The notes under the pieces: generated by a model
Told to the model about the DNA's origin: nothing
The model's input: only the letters and a program-made list of their open reading frames with translations
Database searches by the model: none
In this document: piece after piece, positions 1 through 12,824 of the stretch
Layout of the letters: every line of letters begins with the position of its first letter
How positions within the stretch are numbered: position 1 is the stretch's first letter
NCBI RefSeq assembly: GCF_006345805.1
Contig: NC_043002.1
Span: forward strand, 72,416,001 to 72,480,000
Direction of reading: 5' to 3'
Source of the DNA: Octopus sinensis
Taxonomy: Eukaryota
Length of the DNA stretch: 64,000 bases
Translations under genes and position numbers: made by a program

Positions 1-351
1 AGTTGTTTAATTGGAGTTCATGTTGTTATATTTCGCACCACTAAAATGTTGTAAATCTTTAAATACCAGTATCGGCAGATTAGCTGTAACGCTGTTTTCC
101 TATCTTTTGTAATTAATCCGCTATTCTATAGACATTCTTGGCCCGACTCCAGATTCCAGATACTATATTTCTATTTTATAGCTACAGTAAAATAAATAAA
201 TAAATAAATAAATAGATAAATAAATAAAGTTAAAAACTAAGGTGAAAGCTTTCAAAAATATATATATTAGATTAAGTAGTCTTGACGATTTAGATTGAAA
301 ACCGAACTCTTTAAATGAATTAGGGATTTACTTCGAGATCGACCACTGGCT

Positions 352-457
<106 letters not shown>

Positions 458-1078
458 TCTGCTTATATGAATGATTTCTTGTAAAATACGTAAATTTCGT
501 TTGAAAACATCGCTTTTTATATTTATTACTTTACTTCTACTAAAGCTTGTTCAGGAGCGGAAAAGACGTTTCTCAACCACTTTGCTTATAAATATTATGA
601 AGACGAAATATAAACAAGATAAAGTTTGCAGGGGAGAATGTCAAACACCTCAACGCTGCGTGAATCCTGGTAATTGTAAATATTTGCCTTGTTTGTTTTT
701 TCGATCATAGCTATTATTGTGTATAGTAATTTCAATTAAGGATATCAACTGTTTTTTTTATTTTTTTTTATTTTTGTCAAAGAATATACATATAGATACA
801 TCTATTCATGAAACGCCATCAAATGGCCTTTTCTGACATGTAAATAATGTTTGCCTCCGACTAATCTCCCACCATGAGGTTCAATTTGAAATACGGTAGG
901 CATGTTTTTATTTGAATACCAGTCTTTAAAGGATTGTTGAAACTGGTGTAATGAAGGGAATAGCTTCAAAAGGTAAGCCGCGTAGCTCTAACGAAACATT
1001 ATTTACGTCATTCTTGTACAACATATTTCCCAGAGCAAAACGTTCTCTTTAATCAACTTTATAACCGTGTGATGATAT

Positions 1079-1288
1079 TCCTTTCTACTATTAGCACAAG
1101 ACCGGAAATTTTAGGGGAGTGAGGCGCGTCGATTACGTTGACCCCAGTGCTCAACTGGTATTTATTTCATCGATCCAGAAAGGATGAAAGGCAAAGTCGA
1201 TCTCAGGGGAATTTGAATTCAGAGCATAAATTCGGAAGAAATTCTACCAACGATTGCCTGCTAACGATTTTGCCAGCTCACCGCCTTC
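1079..1288 (-). mobile_element. tRNA-derived SINE, family B, monomer
   Basis: Reverse complement of the ggcgagctggcagaa...gagttcaaattcc...gtcgactttgcctttcatcc...gtaccag unit that recurs throughout the window. Confidence 0.8.
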
Positions 1289-1563
1289 AACTGCATGATA
1301 ATACCGTTTTCTTCTGGCGAGAAGTCGGCCGAGCTGGCCGAATCATTAGAACACCGGGCAAAATACCTAACGGCATTTCGTCCGTCTTCATGTTCTGAGT
1401 TCAAATTCCACTGAGGTCGACGCTACCAAATCCACTCACAAGGCTTTGGTCGGCCTGAGGCTATAGTAGAAGACACCTGCCCAAGCTGCCACGCAATGGG
1501 ACTGAACCTGGAGCCATGTGGTTGGTAAGCAAGCTACTTACTACACAGCCACTCCTACGTTTA

Positions 1564-1656
<93 letters not shown>

Positions 1657-1877
1657 TAATAATATAAGGGTAGCAAAAAAAGTCTAGAAAAAATTCTCCG
1701 CTACCAGCGGTCTAGTGAGAAAGAAAAGATAGTCAAAGACTATATAATATACATTCAACAATATAAGGAATGGCCCTGATAAGCCATTCGACTCACTAGA
1801 AAGAGCAGCCAAACTCAAACCGCTAAATAGTTGTAATTCTGAAATTGAAAGAGAAATAAAAACGTTTACCCGTTTCA

Positions 1878-1971
1878 TCTCTGGACTATGCATAGTTTCG
1901 ACAAACCTTGTAAACAAATTAATTAAATTAAATTAAATTTATTTACAACTGGCGTGTCTCGTCAGCAGAGA
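1878..1971 (-). ncRNA. Type I hammerhead ribozyme
   Basis: Minus strand reads TCTCTG-CTGACGA-GACA..(AT-rich hairpin)..TGTC-GAAA-CTATGCATAG-TC-CAGAGA: full core, three stems, GUC cleavage triplet. Confidence 0.8.
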
Positions 1972-2303
1972 AGCCGAGGACGAGAATATGTCCACGAGGC
2001 GACAGCAAGGAAGCCTCAAGCCTATATGCTCTAAATTTTCAAAATCCACCGCCACCGCGCGGTCTTCTCAGCAGCAAATATAAACTGCTGATTTAATTTC
2101 AAAATTAGCTAAAAAATCATTAATTAATAAATATAAGGGTAGCAAAAAATTCTCCGCTACCAGCGGTCTAGTGAAAAAGAAAAGATAGTCAAAGACTATA
2201 TAATATACATTCAACAATATAAGGAATGGATTTTGAAAATTTAGAGCATATAGGCTTGAGGCTTCCTTGCTGTCGCATCGTGGACATATTCTCGTCCTCG
2301 GCT

Positions 2304-2398
2304 TCTCTGCTGACGAGACACGCCAGTTGTAAATAAATTTAATTTAATTTAATTAATTTGTTTACCAAAGTTTGTCGAAACTATGCATAGTCCAGAGA
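2304..2398 (+). ncRNA. Type I hammerhead ribozyme
   Basis: Stem I TCTCTG(2304-2309)/CAGAGA(2393-2398); CTGACGA 2310-2316; stem II GACA/TGTC; GAAA 2377-2380; stem III ACTAT/ATAGT; predicted cleavage after C2392. Confidence 0.82.
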
Positions 2399-2821
2399 TG
2401 AAAAGGGTAAATGTTTTTATTTCTCTTTCAATTTCAGAATTACAACTATTTAGCGGTTTGAGTTTGGCTGCTCTTTCTAGTGAGTCGAATGGCCTATCAG
2501 GGCCATTCCTTATATTGTTGTATATATATATATATATATTTCTCTATATACATATGAGTATATATATCCAAATTAAGAGAGAGAGAGAGCATGTAAAATT
2601 TAGGCTACATATGTTTCCTAGTTAGCAGATCTTCTGGTGTAATAATTAATCAACGAAGGTATCTTAATTTTTTTTTCCGTTTATCCAACTACGATAAGGG
2701 AAAAGCCTACAACCTTCGATGCTAATAAATTGTTATTGTTCCTAAATATTTTTTTTTATACCTACCACGGACTGCTCGAAGTTCGCAAATTTCCTACACT
2801 CAGATTCTCACATCTTATGAT

Positions 2822-2899
<78 letters not shown>

Positions 2900-3039
2900 T
2901 GCGTGCGTGTACGTACGTGTGTATAAGAGTCTTTATATGTTAGAAAATTGCTGTCAAAAGATGTGAAAATATTCTTCATTGTCCTGAAAATGCCCCACTA
3001 TAATGGCGATTGTCTCAATTGAATTCAATTGTCCAAACA

Positions 3040-3260
3040 GCCCAAAATCAACTGCCCGAGTTAGTCCGGGGGCGGCTGGCAGCATAAACGACAGCAGAGG
3101 AGAAGAGGGATCATTGGAATCACTGGGAAACGGCAGTTGGTGAGATCGGAAGAGGTTATGAATGTTACGGATTGGTGGGCGAAGGTTGTGATAAAGAAGT
3201 GTGAGGTATGAGGGAAGGGTAGAGGTGATTAGATGGGATGTACTTTAAGAAGCTCAACTG
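3040..3260 (-). pseudogene. Possible decayed Penelope-like ORF fragment (RT to endonuclease linker)
   Basis: Translation LPSYLTLLYHNLRPPIRNIHNLFRSHQL...DSNDPSSPLLSF resembles the PLE 'LVLTYHP..PI..I...PPLLSF' region; weak. Confidence 0.3.
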
Positions 3261-3774
3261 ATTTTGATTTTCAGCCGGTTTATATTATTGCTATAGCAGA
3301 GAGATAGAGTGAGAAAGGGAAAGATAGTACGTGTGTATAATATGAGTAGTCCACAGATGTGTCCCCTTAACATAATTTTCAAGAAGAAATCAGCGTGACG
3401 TAGTTCGGCTTGGCTGAACTTTTTAGTAGTAGGTGAAGTCCATCCGATGGACTTCTACACCTTTTCCGTCCATCGAAATTCTCTCACAGGACATGGATCG
3501 ACTCCAGGCTATAGCTAGAGCATTTACCCGGTATATACAATGAGGAAACGAACGTAAGATATCTTCATCGTCCAGCAAGCTTCTTAACCATGCCCTAAAT
3601 ACATACGTGCACGCAAGCACAGACAGACACATAGAGAGAAAGCTATAGAAAGATAAATAAATAGATAGATAGACAGACGGCGCATATTCTCAGGTACATT
3701 CATACATACATACATACATACATACAGGCGTGCATGCATGCATACATACATACATACATACATACATACATACA

Positions 3775-3807
<33 letters not shown>

Positions 3808-4295
3808 GTATATATATATATATGTATATATATATACATACATAGTAAGTAATTAAGGGTTCAGTAACGATTTGCCTCACCACACACCGAATTTAGAAAT
3901 AGCAGTCAAAAAGTTTTGGCTATTCTTTCTACTTAATTACTTAGTATTAATTAAACCTTCCTTGAATGGGTCTTTTACATGCCGAACTCTACTTGGTGAA
4001 AAAAATGATTATTTCAAAATTAAATAATTTCACCCTTTATTATTGATATATACATACATATATATGTACACATATATATATACACATACATACATGCATA
4101 TATATATACACGCATATATATATACATACATGTATAAATATATATACATATAAATCTCTATATATGTATATATATACATATATACCTATACATCTATATA
4201 TGTATACATATATATACATACATATATATGTACAGATATATATATACACACACACACGCACACACACACACATACACACACACACACACACACAC

Positions 4296-4333
<38 letters not shown>

Positions 4334-4340
4334 CATATAT

Positions 4341-4517
4341 AGGGGAGAATTCACAAAAAATCAAAAGACGAAGACAGGTGGTGTAGACAACAAACAGATG
4401 TATTAGTATAACGCTCGGGAAGTGAAAAGGTCTTTAACGTTTCGAGCCTACGCTCTTCCACAGAAAAGAACACAGAAAGAAACAAGGAGAGAAAATAATG
4501 TGTTGTGGCTAGCGATC
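4341..4517 (-). mobile_element. Short TA-flanked pLTR-like element with a variant minimal hammerhead motif
   Basis: Minus strand cttt-t-CTGTGGAA-GAGC-gtag-GCTC-GAAAC-GTT-aaag; bounded by (TA)n; motif matches the copies at 53733 and 54070. Confidence 0.55.
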
Positions 4518-4605
4518 TATATATATATGTCAATATGTCATGTGAGATAATAGTTTCTCTTTTAATAATTTCACTATTAATAGTGAAACTATTATCTCAT
4601 ATTAC

Positions 4606-4830
4606 AATAAAGACGTTATTGTTTCACTTTTGACGCGAAATACCGAAACGGTCTAAGAGAATGCTCAGGGCTCGCATTAGGCAAGAAGTTGAAAAGATTT
4701 TGGCCCATGACATTCCATGGACTCTAAGTAGTGTATGTGTAAAATTTGGATGAAATCTGTTGGGTAGTTCTCGGGGTTTAGTGATGGACACATACATGCA
4801 GACAGACAGCACATATTCTCAGGTATATAT
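4606..4830. mobile_element. Non-autonomous Helitron/HINE-like fragment
   Basis: aaatttggatgaaatc...agttctcgg...acagacagacag core typical of DINE/HINE-like elements; the end motif catattctcaggta recurs at 3683. Confidence 0.4.
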
Positions 4831-5629
4831 ATATATATATATATTCACACACATATGTAAACACACATACATTAGCAGAATTAGAAGTGTTTTTGTCCTT
4901 GACACAAACACTCCTAATTCTTTGACCTCATCAGCTAAGCAGACATCACCATATCTGCCAAAGTAATGATGAAAAAATCACTAAATCAATGAACGATATT
5001 GTACAATGTTTGGCTTAAAAAGACGTTATTGTTTCACTTTTGACAAATAGATTCTGTTAATTCTTTCCCATCCTTTGTAGCACCCGAGGAAATATCCTGG
5101 TGACCAGACTGCCAACTTCAAGTGGTCCACGTGCATATTTTATTTTTCACTCCTCTTTTGAAGAATGTGAAGTGGTTATTTCCAGTTGTGGTTATTTTGG
5201 TCCTCTTTGGAAACAATCATTCTGTTTTAGTAAACTCAAAACACTTCCTTTTTGATTACCAAATATTTTCACTTTTGTTTGCCCTCTTGTATAACGACGA
5301 TTAACTTCCAGTCGGAAATCTGTATGTGAAGATATTTTTCATGTTTATGTTTTATTGTGAAGGCAATGTGGGTAACCTTCTCGACCAAAATAATCTAGAA
5401 TTAGAAAATGAAACTTCTGTAAGTAAAGAGCAGAAAGAACTTTAAAAATCGTTTCAAAGTAAATGCCATCATACATGTTTACATACTTTATATAATTCAA
5501 TGAAACTTAAATCGCATCTTAACAATGAACTTTACATACATGTATAAATGAAATAAACAAACTCGAAAAGAATCAAATCTAAGTCGTTCATTTCTTTAAA
5601 TATCAAAGCAGTTTTCCATTTAAATAAAT

Positions 5630-5739
5630 ACATAAAACATCATTACAGCACCTAAGTATTCACAATTCATAAGATTCCATTACAACACCTAAGTGTCCAC
5701 AATACATAAAACTTCATTACAACGCCTAAGTATCCACAA
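5630..5739. repeat. About 37-bp tandem repeat, 3 copies
   Basis: cattaca(g/a)c(a/g)cctaagt(a/g)t(t/c)cacaa recurs three times in tandem. Confidence 0.8.
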
Positions 5740-6034
5740 GTAGGCTGGTTATTGCTTTATATTGGGTTCAAAATTTTGGCACAAGACCAATAATTTCGGA
5801 GGAGAGTGTAAATCGATTACATTGACCCCACCCCCACCCCAGTGCTCAACAAGTACCTATTTTATCGACTCCGAGAAGATGAAATAGAAAGTCGACCTCA
5901 GCGTAATTTGAACCCAGAACGTAAAGCTAGAAGAAACGCTGCTAAGCATTTTTGTCCGGCATGCTAACGATTCTGCCAGCTCGCTGCCTTGGATTTCACT
6001 AATATTTTCGTGTTTGTTGCCTAACTAAACTCGT

Positions 6035-6206
6035 TACTTTTTACTCTTTTACTCGTTTCAGCCATTTGACCCCAGGACTTATTCTTTGTAAGCCTAGTAC
6101 TTATTCTATCAGTCACTTTTGCCGAATCGCTAAGTTACGGGGACATAAACACACCAACATCAGTTGTCAAGCGATGTTGCCGCGACAAACACAGACACAC
6201 AAACAT

Positions 6207-6241
<35 letters not shown>

Positions 6242-6400
6242 CGACGGGCTTCTTTCAGTTTCCGTCTACCAAATCCACTGACAAGGCTTTGGTCGCCCCG
6301 AGACTATAGTAGAAGACACTTACCCAAGGCGCCACAGTGGGACTGAACCCGAAACCATGTGGTTCGTAAGCAAGCTACTTACCACAGAGCCACTCCTACG
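6035..6400 (-). mobile_element. tRNA-derived SINE, family A
   Basis: Reverse complement of the family A consensus (see 62234-62648). Confidence 0.85.
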
Positions 6401-9400
6401 TCTTTTTCACTTTTGTGAAAATTCAAATATAATTAGTAAAGTGGCAGTCTTGATTAGGACTAATGTAGCCAAGTAATTATTCTATGCAGATGCAGATGAA
6501 GAGGAATAACCCAGAAGCCAATTGTACACAGATATTGCTTTGAGTAGAGTGAGGATACCAGTTCCCTTGTTCGAAAATATAAGGACACAGTTAGTGCATC
6601 GATAGCCAGCTAGAGACGATGTTTCCATGGGGCTAGATAACAGCAACATTGGTTTTAATCAGGACTGCCACTTTGCGTTGGTAAATAAACTTTACTCTAT
6701 GGTACTGTTGCTGCATGTTTCTCGTTCAAAGTTTTAGATCAAATATAATTGTTCTCTTCAATGACGTTTCTGAGACGACAACTATCTTCGCTAGTTGCGG
6801 GATCAAGAAATGGTACTAGTACCATTGGTTACTTTGAAATTAGGTCGTAATGGCTTATACATTGAAGTAAATAGAAGACTCCCATTATCACCAATTAACT
6901 AGTTTTGGAAATATTTCAAAGACACGAGCAGCATTTTTTTTATTTTTCATGAAACATACCTACAAAGTAAGATACGTTCTTAGTATTATCAAGATTTGTG
7001 ATAAACGCCGTAATAAACGGTTTTACTCGTTGTAAACCGATTCTGTGTCTCAGTCGAAACGATTTTATTTGTCATTTTTTTTTTATGAAAATGTATAAAC
7101 GTTATAACATCCGGAAATATTTTCAGGACTCATACATTTTTAAGAAACCACCAAGACGAAGTAGAATAATCATGTTCTTTACAAAGCAGTTTTTATCAAC
7201 TGATAAATTTTATATCATAAAGTAAAAAAAAAAAAACCAAACCAATCTCTAGTGTAGCGTTTATATTTCCTATCAGCAATACAACGCTTTAGAAATTGCT
7301 GGTTAAATTTCAACACTACTTAAAAAAATATCTTACAGCATTAGTCAATCGACTTCTTTCAACCTACAAAGATTATTCATTTTTAAGAACGCTATTAAAG
7401 CAGCTTAAATAAACGATCTTCTGTTATAAGTTGTTTTCCCCTTCAGAATCATAAACATGCCGAAATGCGAAAAAGAGAACCGCAATCATAACCAATGCTA
7501 TTCTCTAATCAATTCGCAATGTGAGTGATTATCTATTTTATTCTGATATTCATACGAAACAAATATAAAGAAACCAAATAATTTCCTTATCTGGAACAGT
7601 ACTAAATGTTCGAGTTTCTCATCCCCTTCGAAGGTTTCATCTATTTACTATGCTAACAGAAAATAGATTTCTTTGTTTTAAACCATTAGATCACAATAAA
7701 AGTGGAAAAGATATACCATTCTTATTTTAACACTTAATATATCTTATCCAAGAAAGAGGTTTGTGTGTGAGGAGCTTTCGTCAGCTAAATTTAATGATTT
7801 AAAAAGCAATTATGACTCCTTGACAAGCAATTCAAACTCACACTTCACAGATATGTGTGTGTTTGTGTGTGTTTGGTTGCTATTATATAGCTCTTCATTA
7901 TCAGTTTGGTAGCCCAAGGGAACATGAAGGGCCTAGTGGTTAGGACGTTGCACTCACGATCTTACAATCACGGTTTCGATTCTCGGGCCAGGGGATGCGT
8001 TGTACTCTTCAACAGGGAGCATCATTTCAAGTTGCTCTAGTTTACCCAGCTGTAAACGAGTTGCAGTAATAACTAAGAAAGTTAAACGTGGAATAGACCG
8101 ACGTCCCGTTCAAAGGTGAGGGGTGTTGTAGTGTCTGCCACAAATACGCCGTAGAAATAGGGTTAACCTCCGGCTTCAAGAGTTCATGGACTCGTGATAG
8201 AACTAAACTTAACCAAAAAGCGTTGCTCAAAGCCATTACTTTTTGCTGTTCCACAAAGATATGTCGACATCCTTTTTTGCCACTTTTATGCTAAAATCAA
8301 TATAAAATTATATAGTTGTTATGCACTAGAACCTGGAGAGAGAGAGACAGGTCGATAGTTACGACTGGCCTTCAGTTTTCTGTATTTATTTGCTATTTAT
8401 ATCAGTTACATTTTGTAAGCTCTTTATCCGTCAATGTTTTCTTATCTTGCTAATTAAATAAAGGAGATCGACAAAATATTTCGGATATTTTTAATTTGTG
8501 TTGGGATGTTGGTGGATATGCAATTAGGATAAGTAGTGTGAAATTACTCTTAAAATGCCTGTAACAAGAAACATTTGTTTTATAAAAGAGGTGCTATGTG
8601 AAATATGTACGAAGCTATTGCGGCCTTTAAGAGACAGCGTTCAACGGGATATTACAGAAAAGAAATGATAATGAAATCTTTATATTCACGAATAAATTGA
8701 TAATCGTCTTCAGCGAAAATTCGTTAAATGTGGTCTCCTCATTTCAGTGTCAGTCAAAAAAAAGGAGAGGCGGGGGGAGAAAGAGGTGGAGTTGTTTTAG
8801 TCCTGAAATGTTCAACTTCAACAGCTAAAATTTCTTATCAAACTTTACCGCTCATTCTGACTTAACTGTCATCAAATGTTCGTTTTTTAACCCTAGGGAG
8901 GAGGGCTTTTTCTTTTGCTTTTTATGTCATTTCACCAGCTGTCAAGTTTCTTGTTTCAAAGTTGAACATGTTTCTTCGCATAAAGAAAGAGTATATACAT
9001 ACATGACATACATGTGTGTGTATGTGTGTGAAAGGGTAGGGGTATTTTGTTCCACTTCTTTCTCGATAGAAGAGGTAGTTTTATCTTCTACTTGTCCGAA
9101 CGTATATAAAGTTACGCTCCTTTTCTTTTATATAAATTTTGTACCCGCTGACTTCATACTGCTTCATTATACCAGTCCACATTCACTTGACATCAGCTCT
9201 TGTCATTCCTGTAACTTCTTCGCTCGCTCGAAATGAGTTTCACTATTTTTTATGATAAAGGGTTCTCAACTATTCCTTTATAAATAACAGCTATAGTATC
9301 TGGTCAGATGACAACAGAGGAATATAGTGATCTATTTTCAATATCATTGTCAATAAAGAACAAATATCTAATCAAAGATGAACCTTTGATATTTGGTTTA

Positions 9401-9580
9401 TTATCTTAACATAATAAAAGAGGCTTCGTAGATATAAATAACTTAATTCATTTCATGCCATCCCGCCTGTAACCGCGCTTGGTTCTGTGCGACAAACTTC
9501 ATATTTTAAAATGTTATAAGTTAAATCCTCACATCAAAATTTCGCTAGTTTTTGTTTACCATACTTTTGTTTACTTTATA

Positions 9581-9965
9581 GGTGCAGGAACGGCTGTGTG
9601 GTAAGTAGCTTGCTTACCAACCACATGGTTCTGGGTTCAGTCCCACTGCGTGGCACCTTGGGTAAGTATCTTCTACTATAGCCTCGGGCCAACCAAAGCC
9701 GTGAGTGGATTTGGTAGACGGAAACTGAAAGAAGCCCGTCGTATATGTGTGTGTGTGTGTGTGTTTGTGTTTGTCCTCCCAACATTGCTTGACAACCGAT
9801 GCTGGTGTGTTTACGTCCTCGTCACTTAGCGGTTCGGCAAGAGAGACCGATAGAATAAGTGCTAGGCTTACAAAGAATAAGTCCTGGGGTCGATTTGCTC
9901 GACTAAAGGCGGTGCTCCAGCATGGCCACAGTCAAATGACTGAAACAAATAAAAGAATAAAAGAA
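9581..9965 (+). mobile_element. tRNA-derived SINE, family A, full length
   Basis: A-box-like tggctgtgtggtaag, B-box-like ggttcagtccc, CORE-like accttgggtaagt, internal TG microsatellite, 3' aaaagaat tail. Confidence 0.9.
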
Positions 9966-11225
9966 TATACTCCTTATAGGAAATGCCTTTAAAAGATACT
10001 TGCTAATTCACGAGGACGGCATTTCAAACGCCCGAGGTTAACGTTATTCAGGAAGTTTAATGTTATTGTTATTACTGCTGCTGCTGCTGTTTCTGCCGCT
10101 GTTGCTGCTGCAAAGACCAATTGCTGTAGATTCTTCGGAGTCAATCGATCAGTTACAAACAGCAGCCAAAACTCACCTAAATAATATATTACCATTTTGA
10201 GATAGCAAGATAGAGAGGGGAGAGAAAGAAGAGAGAAAGAAACAGAGAAACAGAGAGAGAGAGAGAGAGAGAGAAAGTTCTCAAACTAAAGGGATGCAGG
10301 ACAGCATTTCAAGAGGTGTGACAAAGAAGGAGATCTCTTTTCGGAATAGAATTATCAACTAACTCCAGACTGATGACGAGCAAGACTCAGAATTTAGTCT
10401 CTGGATGCAGGCTTAGCTGGATGTGGGTGCTTATCTCCCCCTTGTAAACATAGGGACACAGGAAATGTGTCAAGGCCGACAGGAAGCGTTGATGCTTCTT
10501 AGGGTTAAATAGCGGTGATGTGATTCCCTCTATGGGACTGTCACGTTAAGTTGACAGTATACAACTGCTCTATCGTACCACTACTGCTTATATCTCTCTG
10601 AGATATTTAGAAATTTAATATTTCTATTTCTTACAACTCTATTCTTCCACTAAGTATTTCCAAAACTTTATTATTCAACAAATACAGATAGATTTAACTC
10701 TTCGAAGCTTGTGACTAAGAACTGTATCGTCATTCCATTTACAATGAATTGATAAGCTTGTGTGAATCTGGATTCAGTTCTTTCTGACAATGAAGACAAA
10801 CATCTAGAAATCACTTGAATCTACAAACTGACCTACAGATTGCAAGCAGCATCAAATTCTAAATTTTCATAAAGTCATGAACGAGAAGCAAGAGTAAAGA
10901 AGCAATTTATGGGAAAAGCTTGTTAGTTCGTGGCTGTTGTTGCTTTTTTTCGCCCACAGTAGTATATGTGAGTCATTTAAATAATAATAATAATAATAAT
11001 AATTCTTTCTATTATAGGCACAAGGCTTGAAATTTTCGGGGAAGGGACTAATCGATTAGATCGACTCCAGTGATCAACTGGTACTTAATTTATTGACGCC
11101 GGAAGTATGAAAACAAAGTCGACCTCAGTGTAATTTGAACTCAGGAAGTAAATCCAAAAGAAATGCCACTGAGCATTTATTCCGGCGCGATAACGGTTCT
11201 GCCAGCTCGCTAATAATATAACAAA

Positions 11226-11582
11226 CTAGACTACGCGTGACCCGTTGGGTTACCGGGAAGCTCTGAGTTTCCCAGCAACGGAGTGTTGTTTCGTGGGTTT
11301 TTCGCATGCTTTCAACGAATGTGACATCGAGAGGTTACAGTTTCTTCCCTTTCAGGATGAAGTTAAATTCGGAACATTTTCCCATTACGCACCGTTTTGG
11401 GTATTTATACCCCCAAACCCCGAATATCTCAATAACTATTGCTCATAACTTGTTTCATTCCGTTCGTATTAACATTTTAGAGTAAACTTAATTCATAGTA
11501 TTTTCCCATTATGCTCTAGTTTGGTTGGGTAACATTGCAAGCAAGCAAGCATGATTCAAACTGACTTTTAATGTATTATAGA
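11226..11582 (-). mobile_element. Non-autonomous Helitron
   Basis: Minus strand starts TCTATAATAC and ends with a GC-rich hairpin (cccggtaacccaacggg) then CTAG; inserted between A and T with no TSD. Confidence 0.75.
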
Positions 11583-11837
11583 TTTGTCATAAGGAAATTG
11601 ATGTTTCGTCATTAAATGTGATGTAACTTTCGAAGGGGTGAAAATATTCATCAATGTATAGAGGTATAGGAAATAGGGGTGTAGGGAATAGAAGTGTAGG
11701 GCTGAAAAACATAAAATTAGATAATGCAAGATATCATTAGAAAGACGAAATGGTTATAACTGGAATGCTTTTGATCATAAGGTCTGTTTGATCAGAATTG
11801 ACCTGAAGTTAACCAACAATAATAAAATATCAGCACG

Positions 11838-12148
11838 CTACTACTACTACTACTACTACTATTACGATGACGACCACGACCACGACTACCACCACCACTA
11901 TTAGTACCACGGTCACTGTCACCGCCACCATCACAAGCACGACGATGTCGGTCACCACTACCAGCACTACAAGCCCAGCCACAACCACCATTAGTACCAT
12001 GGCGACGACGACGACGACCACCACCACCATCACCACCACCCATCAGCTCGGTTTACGCTGCATCACTTCAATGTCAAGTTTTGTTTTAATTTCATTAATT
12101 TCAATTGTTTTTCTTTCTTTCTTCCTTCCTTTCTTTCTTTCTTCCTTC

Positions 12149-12189
<41 letters not shown>

Positions 12190-12205
12190 TTCCTTCCTTT
12201 CTTTC
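11838..12205. repeat. Degenerate (ACC/ACG/ACT)n tract followed by (TTTC)n
   Basis: Low-complexity trinucleotide and tetranucleotide runs. Confidence 0.9.
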
Positions 12206-12282
12206 TTTCTTCTCTTCCTTTTGGACATGACATGCTTGTTAGTTAAATTTGATAAACGGAAATTGTGCAGGAACCTGTCGTA

Positions 12283-12313
<31 letters not shown>

Positions 12314-12395
12314 CATACATACATACATTATTGTTGCCCCCTCGTTATCGCACATTACAGTCTAAAACAGAGAGAATATATTTGTCGACATAATC

Positions 12396-12634
12396 CAGTG
12401 GTTCCTAACCACTTTTCACCTATGGACCCCATTGACTCGGATTAGACCTTCACAGCCAATCAATGTTTAAAAAAATCATATATTTTTATAATTAAATATT
12501 AACAATTGCATTAAAAATCTTGTTAAAATATTTTGTGTATTGTCGAAGTATAACCAATTAATTGCACATAAATTCTAACAAAATCTTATATGGACCCACA
12601 AAAGGTCATGTAGATCCCCATCTGAGAACCACTA
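12396..12634. mobile_element. hAT-type MITE
   Basis: TIRs cagtggttcctaacc / tgagaaccacta; 8-bp TSD acataatc (12388-12395) vs acatattc (12635-12642). Confidence 0.8.
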
Positions 12635-12824
12635 ACATATTCTAACATGTGCATAAAAAGCGATGCCATCTCTGTTTCGGGGAGGGGGATAATCGATTAG
12701 ATCGACTCCAGTGATCAACTGGTACTGAATTTACTGACGCCGGAAGTATGAAAGTGAAGTCGACCTCAGTGGAATTTGAACTCAGGAAGTAAAGTCAGAA
12801 GAAATGCCATTGAGCATTTATTCC

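Larger units (their letters stand above)
1661..2520. mobile_element. Non-coding hammerhead-bearing element (Penelope pseudo-LTR/retrozyme-like) with partial tandem and inverted copy
   Basis: Direct repeat 1661-1773 vs 2130-2229 (period about 469 bp); inverted arms about 1756-2048 vs 2227-2520; (TA)n on both flanks; a hammerhead in each arm. Confidence 0.75.

Noticed and set aside
1684-2625. Near-identical ORFs on opposite strands (MHSPEMKRVNVF...)
   Set aside because: A by-product of the inverted repeat; short, runs into microsatellite and has no protein motif.
9581-9660. tRNA-like sequence with A/B boxes
   Set aside because: SINE head; continues into the repeat body and forms no cloverleaf that I can find.
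11867-12445. 192-aa Thr-rich ORF with a hydrophobic stretch (mucin-like)
   Set aside because: Made of consecutive simple repeats (ACC/ACG, TTTC, CATA).
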